The notes under the pieces: model-generated
Database searches by the model: none
What the model was told of the DNA's origin: nothing
What the model saw: the letters and a program-made list of their open reading frames with translations, nothing else
Shown here: positions 11,496 through 20,785 of the stretch, one piece after another
Layout: each line of letters starts with the position of its first letter
How positions within the stretch are numbered: the first letter of the stretch is position 1
Position numbers and translations under genes: made by a program
Assembly: GCA_963783575.1 (NCBI GenBank)
Contig: CAWAOD010000003.1
Span: forward strand, 1-64,000
Source of the DNA: an uncultured Spirochaetota bacterium
Lineage (GTDB): Bacteria > Spirochaetota > Brevinematia > Brevinematales > JAOACQ01
DNA: 64,000 nt
Direction: 5' to 3'

Positions 11496-12545
11496 ATGAA
11501 AGCGGCTTTAAGAGTAAAACCAAAGTCGGTTAACTGCGTAGAGATTCCCGAACCGGAAATCAAACCCTATGAGGTATTGATAAAAGTGGATTCGGTTGGG
11601 ATTTGCGGATCGGATATTAACCGCATAGCTGAAGATAATGAAAAGTGGAATAAGGTGGTTTTAGGACATGAATTTGCCGGAATTGTAATAAAAACAGGCT
11701 CAAATGTAACAAATATTAAAGTAAAAGACAGGGTTTCCGCAGCTCCCCTAATCCCCTGTCATGTCTGCGATAAATGCCGTCAGGGGCTTTTCTCGCTCTG
11801 CAAAAATTATACATTTATAGGTTCCAGGCTGAATGGCGCAATGGCTGAATATGTTGCTGTACCGGAAGAAAATGTATTACCATTACCGGGCAATTTATCT
11901 TTTGAAAACGCGGCTTTGATTGAACCTATTGCAGTTTGCCTGCATCCAATATTACCCCTCAAAAACATGCTGGGAAGGGATGTCCTGATCACCGGAGCCG
12001 GAACAATAGGCTTGCTCGCCCTTCAAATATTTAAGGTAATGGGAGCAAGGCATGTGATTGTTTCAGATATTGTTGAAAATAAATTGAATATAGCAAAAAA
12101 ACTTGGCGCGGATATAACAATAAATGTGATGAAAGAGCCTTTGAAAAACGCCTTGAAAAATTCTTTAGAAAATAACACTGGGGGAGAAGTAGACCTGGTT
12201 TTTGAATCTTCCGGAAGTAATCCAGCAAAGAAATCCGCCATCGAGGCTGTTAAAGGAAAGGGACTGATTTTACAGGTCGGCACTTCACCGGCAGATATAA
12301 CATTTGAGGCTAATCTCTACGAACAGATAACCAGGAAAGAACTGGAAATAAGGGGAAGCTGGATGAATTACTCGGCGCCATTCCCGGGTCCGGAATGGAC
12401 TCTGGCGGTATGGCTGCTTCAATCCGGCTTGATTAAAGTGAAGGAATTGATTACGCATTATTATCCACTAAGCGAAATAGGAAAAGCTTATGACATGATT
12501 TTTGGGAATAAAGAAGAATTTATTAAAGTTATTATTAAACCATAA
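11496..12545 (+). CDS. gatD: Zn-dependent polyol(-phosphate) dehydrogenase, galactitol-1-phosphate 5-dehydrogenase-like
   Basis: GICGSD, LGHEFAG, CxxCxxCx7C structural Zn, GAGTIG, and RKELEIRGSWMNYSAPFPGPEW typical of GatD. Confidence 0.8.
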   Translation: MKAALRVKPKSVNCVEIPEPEIKPYEVLIKVDSVGICGSDINRIAEDNEKWNKVVLGHEFAGIVIKTGSNVTNIKVKDRVSAAPLIPCHVCDKCRQGLFSLCKNYTFIGSRLNGAMAEYVAVPEENVLPLPGNLSFENAALIEPIAVCLHPILPLKNMLGRDVLITGAGTIGLLALQIFKVMGARHVIVSDIVENKLNIAKKLGADITINVMKEPLKNALKNSLENNTGGEVDLVFESSGSNPAKKSAIEAVKGKGLILQVGTSPADITFEANLYEQITRKELEIRGSWMNYSAPFPGPEWTLAVWLLQSGLIKVKELITHYYPLSEIGKAYDMIFGNKEEFIKVIIKP

Positions 12546-12566
12546 AGAAAAGTGAAGGTTGATCTT

Positions 12567-13883
12567 ATGTTAAAGTCAAGCGGAGCATTTTTAAAAATTT
12601 TAAATGACAACCGGATTGGAAAACCCAAGGGTATCTATTCAGTTTGTTCTGCCCATCCTGCGGTTCTGGAAGCGGCTATGCTTCAGGCAAAAGAGGATGG
12701 CTCCATTCTCCTGATTGAATCGACATCCAATCAGGTTGACCAATACGGCGGTTATACAGGTATGAAACCGGCTGATTTTATTCTGTATGTTCACCATGCC
12801 GCTAAAAGAGTTGATTTTGATGAAAATAATATCCTTTTCGGAGGGGATCATCTTGGTCCGAACTCATGGCAGAAAGAAAATGCTGAAGAAGCTATGATCA
12901 AGGCGAAAGAATTAATAAAAGCCTATGTGGCCGCTGGCTTTGAGAAAATCCATCTCGATGCGAGTATGTTTTGCGCAGATGATGCCGGCGACAGGCACAA
13001 ACCGCTGAAAGACAGCATTGTGGCTGACAGGGCAAGCGAACTTTGTATGGCGGCTGAAGAAACATGGAAGGAATTAAGGTATAATAATCCTAAACCTTTC
13101 TATATAATCGGTACCGAAGTACCTGTACCGGGGGGAGCCCGGGAGAAAGAAGAAGGTGTTAATGTGACAGAACCTGAGGCTGTTAATCAAACTATTGAAA
13201 TTACAAAAGATTATTTTAAAATGAAAGGCCTGGAAGATGCATGGAACAGGGTTTACGGTATTGTTGCCCAGCCGGGTGTAGAGTTTGGAAATGACCAGAT
13301 CTTTGATTATAACAGGGAGAAGACAATAAAGTTAAGCAAAAATATCGAAACACACAGGAATCTTGTTTATGAAGCCCATTCGACGGATTACCAGACAATG
13401 AAAAATCTCAGCGAAATGGTGAAAGACCATTTCTGCATATTAAAAGTCGGCCCCTGGCTGACGTTTGCCTACCGTGAGGGCATTTTTGCTCTGACAGATA
13501 TAGAGAAGGAATATCTTGGTAAGAATAAAAATATAAAATTATCCGATTTGAAAGAAACTCTTGAGAAAGTGATGTTAAACAATGATGTATACTGGAAAAG
13601 ATATTATCCCGGAAATGAGGATGAGCAGTGTTTTGCCAGAAAATACAGCCTAAGCGACCGCTCGCGCTATTACTGGGTTGACAGTTTATTACAGCAATCG
13701 GTAGAGAGGCTTTTAAGCAATTTATCCGGGTATCCGATCCCGCTGCCGCTGGTGAGTCAATATCTACCGGAACAATATTATGCGGTAAGGGAAGGAAGGA
13801 TCGATAACAGCCCTAAAAGTCTGATTTTAGATAAAATCCGCGGGGTACTCCGGATTTACTCAAAGGCTAGCGGTCTGAGTTAA
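12567..13883 (+). CDS. gatZ: GatZ/KbaZ-family protein (tagatose-6-phosphate 4-epimerase / tagatose-bisphosphate aldolase non-catalytic subunit)
   Basis: SVCSAHP, IESTSNQVDQYGGYTGM, GGDHLGPN, KIHLDASM, GTEVPVPGG, EAHSTDYQ, LKVGPWLTF, SDRSRYYW. Confidence 0.92.
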   Translation: MLKSSGAFLKILNDNRIGKPKGIYSVCSAHPAVLEAAMLQAKEDGSILLIESTSNQVDQYGGYTGMKPADFILYVHHAAKRVDFDENNILFGGDHLGPNSWQKENAEEAMIKAKELIKAYVAAGFEKIHLDASMFCADDAGDRHKPLKDSIVADRASELCMAAEETWKELRYNNPKPFYIIGTEVPVPGGAREKEEGVNVTEPEAVNQTIEITKDYFKMKGLEDAWNRVYGIVAQPGVEFGNDQIFDYNREKTIKLSKNIETHRNLVYEAHSTDYQTMKNLSEMVKDHFCILKVGPWLTFAYREGIFALTDIEKEYLGKNKNIKLSDLKETLEKVMLNNDVYWKRYYPGNEDEQCFARKYSLSDRSRYYWVDSLLQQSVERLLSNLSGYPIPLPLVSQYLPEQYYAVREGRIDNSPKSLILDKIRGVLRIYSKASGLS

Positions 13884-13912
13884 TTGTTATTACATTTATT
13901 AGAGAGGCATAT

Positions 13913-14347
13913 ATGTTAAATGGAATTCCTGTTATATTAAACCCGGATTTATTGAAGATTATGATGGAAATGGGCCATACTGATGAAATAGTTTTAGCCG
14001 ATGGAAACTTTCCGGGTGCGAGCAACGCAAAACGTCTTGTTAGATGTGATGGGAACGGCATCGCCGAGATTCTAGAAGCCTTTTTAAAGTTTTTTCCTCT
14101 GGATGGTTATGTGGAATGCCCGGTTTCCCTGATGGCCGTGGTAAAAGGAGACCCATATAAACCGGTAATCTGGGAGGAATACAAAAAGATAATCGCAAAA
14201 TACGAACCCAGAAAAAATATTTATGAAATGCTTGAAAAGCACGATTTTTATGAAAGGACAAGGCTTGCATACGCTGTTGTAACAACCGGCGAGACGGCTC
14301 TTTACGCGAATATAATTCTAAAGAAAGGTGTTGTGATTGAGAAATAA
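13913..14347 (+). CDS. fucU: RbsD/FucU-family mutarotase (L-fucose mutarotase-like)
   Basis: MGHTDEIVLADGNFP and TGETALYANIILKKGV motifs. Confidence 0.88.
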   Translation: MLNGIPVILNPDLLKIMMEMGHTDEIVLADGNFPGASNAKRLVRCDGNGIAEILEAFLKFFPLDGYVECPVSLMAVVKGDPYKPVIWEEYKKIIAKYEPRKNIYEMLEKHDFYERTRLAYAVVTTGETALYANIILKKGVVIEK

Positions 14348-14380
14348 TACCTCGCAGCAAATACATGGCAGGTTGTTACT

Positions 14381-14992
14381 CTATTGATTGATATCATTCA
14401 TGTAATAATGAGATATTAATGAGTATTTTCTCCCTAGCCCTTCATAATCGACTTCCCAGATTTCACCGTTGCCCGGTAAAGCTTCAGGATAAAGCGGGAG
14501 AGTATTTTCAAGATGCCCTTTAATAAGCCGCATGGCTACCGCATGTGTTACAACAAGGATTTTTTCTTTTTTATCCAGAAATCCCATATCAGATAAAAAA
14601 GGCTTAACCCTTTCAGCTACCATTTTGTATGACTCTCCGCCGCCGATTGGAACCCAATCCCACCTTTTTGTCTTATCCCACTGGTAATCAGGATTATCCT
14701 TCAGTTCGTCAAAAGTCTTTCCGGAAAAACTTCCTACATGCTGTTCTATCAAACGATTGTCTGTTTCAATTTTTATTTTAAAAATATCAGAAAATGACGC
14801 CGCGGTCTGCAATGTCCTGAGTAATGGAGAAGAGATTATTCTATTAATATGAAATTCTTTTGTGAAATTGGCGGCTATGTGTTTTGCGTCAATAAATCCC
14901 TTTTCCGATAAAGGATAATCAATTTGACCGGCAAGAATATTTTTTGAATTTGCTTCACTTTTACAGTGACGGATAAAAAATAGTTTAGGCAT
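14381..14992 (-). CDS. Histidine phosphatase (phosphoglycerate mutase-like) family protein
   Basis: FIRHC (RHG variant), SSPLLRTLQTA, GGES, LVVTHA. Confidence 0.88.
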   Translation of the reverse strand: MPKLFFIRHCKSEANSKNILAGQIDYPLSEKGFIDAKHIAANFTKEFHINRIISSPLLRTLQTAASFSDIFKIKIETDNRLIEQHVGSFSGKTFDELKDNPDYQWDKTKRWDWVPIGGGESYKMVAERVKPFLSDMGFLDKKEKILVVTHAVAMRLIKGHLENTLPLYPEALPGNGEIWEVDYEGLGRKYSLISHYYMNDINQ

Positions 14993-15088
14993 AAAAAGAA
15001 ACTCATATTTTGTATTTTATATTAATAATAAATTTACATAAAATCCGGATTAAAGTCAAAAAACAGTTTATGCTAATTGATTTCTATA

Positions 15089-15117
15089 AAAACCCCTGTA
15101 TTATTTACAGGGGTTTT
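15089..15117 (-). terminator. Intrinsic terminator after the aldo-keto reductase
   Basis: AAAACCCCTGTA-N5-TACAGGGGTTTT perfect 12 bp inverted repeat, T-run on both strands. Confidence 0.75.
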
Positions 15118-15143
15118 GTAGGAGGGAATATGAGGGTTATTTA

Positions 15144-16181
15144 TTAAAAAACGTTAATATTACCATCCATATCCCATAAGTCTTTCCAGTCATTTGCACC
15201 TTTCCATAAAAATACCTGTCCTTTAATTAGACGGCAATTCTTATCTGCTTTGGCCAGTTCTTTCATTTCTTCGGCAGTCAGTGGATCTTCCACTGTAGAT
15301 TTAAGGTTGCTGACATATTCATTGCGGTAAATAGAGAATGGAATCGGTATTTGCCCGCGCTGAACAGCCCATTTAATACAGATTACAGCAGGATGAACAC
15401 CATGATTTTTAGCGATTTTTACTACTATGGGGTCCTGAATGTCTACCGTATCTTCGGGAGTTTTATCGCGATCGGGACGCGTCGGAGAGCCTATCGGGCA
15501 GAAACCGATCGGTTGTATGCCGTTATCTATACAATAATTGAATAATTCCGGCTGCTGGAAATTGGGATGAAGCTCCATTTCATTACATACAGGCATAATC
15601 TCCGCATTATGGAGGACCAGTTTCAATTTAGGAATAGTCATATTGGAGGTTCCGATATTTCTGACTAATCCCATTTTAACCAGCTTTTCCATCTGGCGCC
15701 AGACCATCATATAGTCTTCATGAATGTAATGCTTTGCATTTGGATCGCGTGAAGACACATCAACACCCTTAGCATGAAAATTCGGGAAAGGCCAGTGAAT
15801 AAGGTACAAATCAAGATAGTCTAACTGCAGGTCCTTCAAGGTCTGTGCACAGGAAATAAGCACATCGCCTTTGCCATGCATATTGTTCCATAATTTGGAT
15901 GTAATGAATAATTCTTCACGTTTTATGCCTGTTCCTAAAATTTCTTTAAATACTTTTCCTATTAAATTCTCGTTTCCATAAACAGAGGCGCAATCAAAAA
16001 GCCTGTAGCCGACTTCCGCAGCCCCGTTAACCGCCGCAGCAATATCTTCAGCCGAGAAACGATCGGAGCCGAATGTCCCCATACCTATCCCTGGGATCTT
16101 TTCGCCGGTTCTTAAAGTCCTTTGGGGAATCTTTTTTGGATCAATGGAATCACCCTTGCTGACTTCCTTCATTTTAACCAT
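15144..16181 (-). CDS. Aldo/keto reductase
   Basis: GMGTFG, FDCASVYGNE, FITSKLW, LDYLDLYLIHWP, IGTSN, NEMELHP; GGAGG RBS. Confidence 0.92.
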   Translation of the reverse strand: MVKMKEVSKGDSIDPKKIPQRTLRTGEKIPGIGMGTFGSDRFSAEDIAAAVNGAAEVGYRLFDCASVYGNENLIGKVFKEILGTGIKREELFITSKLWNNMHGKGDVLISCAQTLKDLQLDYLDLYLIHWPFPNFHAKGVDVSSRDPNAKHYIHEDYMMVWRQMEKLVKMGLVRNIGTSNMTIPKLKLVLHNAEIMPVCNEMELHPNFQQPELFNYCIDNGIQPIGFCPIGSPTRPDRDKTPEDTVDIQDPIVVKIAKNHGVHPAVICIKWAVQRGQIPIPFSIYRNEYVSNLKSTVEDPLTAEEMKELAKADKNCRLIKGQVFLWKGANDWKDLWDMDGNINVF

Positions 16182-16217
16182 GATATCCTCCAAAATAATA
16201 TATTAATCCTTACACGT

Positions 16218-16324
16218 ATAACGTTTACATTATAGATTATTTTATATCTGTTTGTCAAGAAAATAAATATTCGTAAAGTTGACAATTGATGAGTTAAATT
16301 CTATAATTGTTTAAGCGTTTAAAT
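16218..16324. promoter_or_regulatory. Divergent sigma-70 promoters (AKR and lacI), each followed by a LacI-type operator
   Basis: Minus strand TTGACA (16258-16253), TATAAT (16234-16229), then GTAAACGTTAT; plus strand TTGACA 16279, 17 bp, TATAAT 16302, then TTTAAGCGTTTAAA 16310-16323. Confidence 0.75.
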
Positions 16325-16344
16325 AGGTATTTGGAGTTGAATTG

Positions 16345-17349
16345 ATGAATAAGATAACAATAGAAACAGTGGCTAAAAAAGCCAATGTTTCGGTGGCAGC
16401 GGTATCATATGCCATATCCGGTAAAAAGAAAATCAGCAAAGAGGTAACTGAAAGAATCATGAAAGTGATTGAGGAACTGGACTATAAACCGAGTATTATT
16501 GCCAGAAATCTGGCCAGCAGTAAAACATGGACTGTCGGACTTTATACCTCGCCGACCAAAAATATTAAGGAAGATTATTTTTTCAATACTTTTTTAGCTG
16601 GAATTCTGGATGAGCTCCATCAAAAAAAGTATCAACTGCACCTCTATGCGGATTATCTGAATGAAAACCATGAAGAACATCCGGATTTAAGCATGACCCA
16701 GCCGATTGACGGGGCGCTGATTATGAACCCGCGCGTCAACGATGTTTATCTGGATTATATCAAAAAACAGGGTATTCCTTTTGTCGTCATCGGAACTCCA
16801 GCCGATCCTGAAAAAATATTTTATATTGATGTGGAAACAACTGCAGGCGCTTATTCGGCTACTAAATATTTGATTTCAAAAGGTCATCATAAGATACTGT
16901 TTATTGACAGCCTGTCCGAATATATGCATAGTATTCAGCATCTGCAGGGAAGCAGGATGGCTTTTGAGGAAAATGGGCTGGAATGGGATTTAAATAACGT
17001 TATACATATTAATATGACGGAAGAAGACGCTTATAATGTTCTTGCGGAAAAAGGGAACCTGCTGAAAAATTATACCGCAATCCTGGCTTATCATGATGTA
17101 TTCAGTATAGGAATTATGCGGTATCTAAAAGAACAGAAAATTCTTGTACCGAATGATATTGCTTATATTTCTATAGGGAATACTCTGTTTTGCCGCATTC
17201 ATTCGCCTGCGCTGACTTCGGTAGATATGGCACCTTATGAAATGGGCTATTCGGCGGCGGAAATGCTGATTGATGTGATTGAAAAACGTAGAATACAGCC
17301 TTCGCATACCATTATTCCGGTAAAGCTGATCGAAAGAGAATCGGTTTAA
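16345..17349 (+). CDS. LacI-family transcriptional regulator
   Basis: TIETVAKKANVSVAAVSYAI HTH, LDYKPSIIARNL hinge, PALTSV..LIERES C-terminus. Confidence 0.93.
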   Translation: MNKITIETVAKKANVSVAAVSYAISGKKKISKEVTERIMKVIEELDYKPSIIARNLASSKTWTVGLYTSPTKNIKEDYFFNTFLAGILDELHQKKYQLHLYADYLNENHEEHPDLSMTQPIDGALIMNPRVNDVYLDYIKKQGIPFVVIGTPADPEKIFYIDVETTAGAYSATKYLISKGHHKILFIDSLSEYMHSIQHLQGSRMAFEENGLEWDLNNVIHINMTEEDAYNVLAEKGNLLKNYTAILAYHDVFSIGIMRYLKEQKILVPNDIAYISIGNTLFCRIHSPALTSVDMAPYEMGYSAAEMLIDVIEKRRIQPSHTIIPVKLIERESV

Positions 17350-17391
17350 TACCTTGTAATAAAAAGAATTAAAAAATAGATAAAATTTATG

Positions 17392-17467
17392 TTGACAAAG
17401 ATCATAACTTTATTATATAATTTAAGCGTTTAAACATTTATACATCTATTATTAATTAAACGCTTAT
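17392..17467 (+). promoter_or_regulatory. Sigma-70 promoter and two LacI-type operators for the CUT1 ABC/glycosidase operon
   Basis: TTGACA 17392, TATAAT 17416, TTTAAGCGTTTAAA 17421-17434 (identical to 16310-16323), inverted partial copy TTAAACGCTTAT 17456-17467. Confidence 0.78.
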
Positions 17468-17535
17468 CTTATTATTTATCCATTATATTGAAATTATAGG
17501 GTTTTAATCCCGAAAATATTAAAGGAGGATTCATC

Positions 17536-18813
17536 ATGAGGAAAATTGCGATTGGTATTTTGACGGCAATGGTTTTATCGGTGTTGTCGGTAACCGCTTT
17601 TGCAAAAGACCCGGTTACCATAACTATCTGGGATTTCAAGTATGGTGATGCGGGTATCGCTCCGGCCATGAAAAAAATCGACGATATGATTATGCAGCAA
17701 TATCCAGGCATCAAGATCAATCACGTAGCTCAGCCGAACAATAACTATTATGATCTTGTCCGCGCTGCAGTACAGGCAAATGACGGGCCCGATATCATTA
17801 TGTTCCATGGCGGGAAACAGGCATACGAATTCGACGAATATACCGTTGCCCTGGACAGCTACATCAAGTCCTGGAGAAACGAGATATCCGAGTACAGCTG
17901 GTCGTTCTGCTCTGAAGGCGGGGACGCCAAAAAGCCGGTACACCTTGTTCCTATGACAATACAGGGATTCGGCATCTACTACAATAAGGCCTATTTTAAG
18001 AAAGCAGGTCTGGATCCGGAAAAAGCCCCATCCGATTACGCTTCTTTTATGGCGGCATGCGAAAAACTGAAAAAAGCCGGTATAGCGCCTATTGTCGGCG
18101 GTTTGAAGGACAATCCGTTTACACTTGACTTCCTGATGAGAGACCTGGTTGCCAATATTTACGGACCCAATGTAAAAGACCTGGTTACAGGAAAGCAGAG
18201 TTTCAAAAACAATAAAGCATTTACAAAGGCTGTGGAAATAATAAAAGAATTATTCGATAAAGGCTATTTTGATGATGCTGCGACATCGACGCCCTATTTT
18301 ATGGACGGGATCAATAATTTTGGTGCCGGCAAAGGCGCAATGTTCATCGGTCTTTTATCGGATGTCGGACATTGGAAATTCTTCTGTGATTCTCTTGGAA
18401 AGGATAATATCGGTTACTTCCCTACGATTAATTTCACAGAAGCGAAATATAAAAATATCCAGGTTCTTCAGCCCTGCGGTATAGGTTATTCTATTATGAA
18501 ATGGTCAAAGAACCAGGCTGAGGCAGCAAAGGTAATCGAAGGCTACGCCAGGGGAGAAGGAAACGCTACCTGGATGAGTATGACCGGCGCTTTATCACCG
18601 AACAAGAATATGGACATCAAGAAACTGGGATATCCTCTAGTTGGACAGATCCTGAAACAAACTTTTACTTCTGATTTCAACACATTGCTTAACAACGCTG
18701 ATGCTAACCAGAATATGGACAGATATCTTGCTCAATTCTATGTTTCGAAGGAAATTTCCGAGGATCAGTTAATCACATCATTCCAGGGAATGCTGGATAA
18801 TGCTAACAAATAA
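17536..18813 (+). CDS. CUT1 carbohydrate ABC transporter substrate-binding protein
   Basis: Signal peptide (..TAFA), GPDII, IYYNKAYFKKAGLD, KLKKAGIAPI; followed by two permeases. Confidence 0.9.
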   Translation: MRKIAIGILTAMVLSVLSVTAFAKDPVTITIWDFKYGDAGIAPAMKKIDDMIMQQYPGIKINHVAQPNNNYYDLVRAAVQANDGPDIIMFHGGKQAYEFDEYTVALDSYIKSWRNEISEYSWSFCSEGGDAKKPVHLVPMTIQGFGIYYNKAYFKKAGLDPEKAPSDYASFMAACEKLKKAGIAPIVGGLKDNPFTLDFLMRDLVANIYGPNVKDLVTGKQSFKNNKAFTKAVEIIKELFDKGYFDDAATSTPYFMDGINNFGAGKGAMFIGLLSDVGHWKFFCDSLGKDNIGYFPTINFTEAKYKNIQVLQPCGIGYSIMKWSKNQAEAAKVIEGYARGEGNATWMSMTGALSPNKNMDIKKLGYPLVGQILKQTFTSDFNTLLNNADANQNMDRYLAQFYVSKEISEDQLITSFQGMLDNANK

Positions 18814-18834
18814 AAAGTAATACAAATAACAAAT

Positions 18835-18868
18835 CCGGATATCCTGAGTTTCTGCTCAGGATATCCGG
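18835..18868 (+). repeat. Intra-operon hairpin after the binding-protein gene (probable mRNA-stabilising stem)
   Basis: CCGGATATCCTGAG-N6-CTCAGGATATCCGG, 14 bp perfect stem, no U-tract. Confidence 0.7.
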
Positions 18869-18892
18869 CAAATATCATCTTAGGGAAAAAAC

Positions 18893-19783
18893 ATGAAATC
18901 AAAAGCAATGAGATTCAACCGGGAAGCAATGGATTCCTATATTTTAGTTCTGCCTTTATTGCTTCTCCTGGCCGTCTTTATTTTATATCCGGTGCTTTCA
19001 AATTTTTATTACAGCCTAACAAAATGGAAGGGCATCGGCAACGAAACATATATAGGACTGGAAAATTACCGGACCATGATGAAGGACAAAATATTCTGGA
19101 CGGCTATTTATAATACAGGGATTCTGATTCTTTTCATTCCGCTGGGAGTGTTTCTTCCGCTTATTCTTTCCGCAATATTAAGAACCGGATTGAAAGGATG
19201 GTCTATTTTCAGAGCCATAATTTATCTGCCGAATATTCTGGGATACGTTATCATTGGCCTCATTTTTAATCTTCTGCTTAGAAACAACGGCCCGCTTAAT
19301 GCCGCACTGAACTTTTTAGGACTGAACTTTTTGGCCCATGACTGGCTGATAAGGTCCGATTCGGCAATTGCCTGCCTTGGTATTATATTCGTCGGCTGGG
19401 TGAAACTCGGTTTCGGCTGCATTTATTTCCTGGCCTCCATGAGCGGCATTGATGAGAACCTTTATGACGCGGCGAAAATCGACGGGGCCGGATGGTGGGC
19501 AATGTTCTGGAATGTCACGGTCCCTTCCATCCGGTTTTCAATTGAATTCTTTATTGTTCTGTCTTTTATTGAGGTATTCGCCAGGGCATTTCCCTTTGTC
19601 TGGACCTTTACACGAGGCGGGCCCGGGTTCGGGACATATACGCTTGAATACGGAATCTACTCCACGGGTTTTGTCGGTTTCAACGCGGGTTACGCAAGCG
19701 CATGGGCCGTGGTGCTGTTTTTCTTCTGTTCTATAATAGCTATAGCTCAGATAAGACTGATGAGGAGCAATATCAATGAATAA
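18893..19783 (+). CDS. Carbohydrate ABC transporter permease (MalF/UgpA-like)
   Basis: YIGLENY, EAA motif LYDAAKIDGAG, TRGGPG, GYASA. Confidence 0.92.
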   Translation: MKSKAMRFNREAMDSYILVLPLLLLLAVFILYPVLSNFYYSLTKWKGIGNETYIGLENYRTMMKDKIFWTAIYNTGILILFIPLGVFLPLILSAILRTGLKGWSIFRAIIYLPNILGYVIIGLIFNLLLRNNGPLNAALNFLGLNFLAHDWLIRSDSAIACLGIIFVGWVKLGFGCIYFLASMSGIDENLYDAAKIDGAGWWAMFWNVTVPSIRFSIEFFIVLSFIEVFARAFPFVWTFTRGGPGFGTYTLEYGIYSTGFVGFNAGYASAWAVVLFFFCSIIAIAQIRLMRSNINE

Positions 19784-20618
19784 ATTAAACAATAAGGAAA
19801 CCCTTTTTTATAATGTTATATTGTATTTTATTTTAATTGTTTTTGCCTTTATTGCTCTTTATCCCATCTTCCATATATTGATAACGAGTTTGAAAAGTAT
19901 AAAGGAATATGTAAACAATAAGCTGTTCTGGCCTGTGACGCCGACGCTTGAAAATTATAAATATGCGCTTTTCCAGGGCAAAATGCTAAAATATTTCTTA
20001 AATAACTGCATCATTATGCCGGTTGCAATACTCGGATATATATTTGTATGCATAACTGCAGGATTTGCTTTCGGAAGACTGCGTTTTCCTTTCCGCCTGC
20101 CTATTTTTCTGGTTGTACTTTTCCTGATGATTTTTCCCCAGCTCCTTCTTGCCCTCCAGATATTCCAGATTTGCAGGTTCTTACATTTAATAAATAATTA
20201 TTTCGGGGTGGTCCTGGTATGGATCGCTTATTTTGCACCATTCGGAGCATACATTATGTCAACATATTATTCCACGGTGCCTTACGAGCTTATTGAATCC
20301 GCAAAGATAGACGGTGCGGGAACCTGGAAGGTCCTTTTCTATATTATGATACCGGTATCTACTCCGATGATCGGCGTCATCCTTATCATCGGTTTTCAGT
20401 CAATGTGGAATGAGCTTATTTTTTCACTTCTACTGCTCCAGAATGATGCGATGAGAACCATAACTCTCGGCATCAGCCAGATGCAGGGTCAGTATGGCCT
20501 GGATGATACCAGGCTGACAGCGGCGGTTATGACCGCCTCCATAATTCCCCTGCTGCTTTTCCTTTTCTTCCAAAAGTATATATCGATGGGCGCATATGCC
20601 GGAGCTGTGAAAGGATAA
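19776..20618 (+). CDS. Carbohydrate ABC transporter permease (MalG/UgpE-like)
   Basis: PTLENY, ELIESAKIDGAG, WNE, FQKYISMG..GAVKG. Confidence 0.92.
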   Translation: MNKLNNKETLFYNVILYFILIVFAFIALYPIFHILITSLKSIKEYVNNKLFWPVTPTLENYKYALFQGKMLKYFLNNCIIMPVAILGYIFVCITAGFAFGRLRFPFRLPIFLVVLFLMIFPQLLLALQIFQICRFLHLINNYFGVVLVWIAYFAPFGAYIMSTYYSTVPYELIESAKIDGAGTWKVLFYIMIPVSTPMIGVILIIGFQSMWNELIFSLLLLQNDAMRTITLGISQMQGQYGLDDTRLTAAVMTASIIPLLLFLFFQKYISMGAYAGAVKG

Positions 20619-20785
20619 ATTCATATTTTAAATATAACTTTCTGTTTGTAGACTTTATTCTTCTTCAATATAAGCGAATGTGGAATTTTAATTTTTTTAT
20701 TAATTTGAACGCTAATATGTTGAAAAAACTTGGTTGAATTATCTGGAATTGCAATAATTATTAAAAGAACTGGAGGATAGAATTA

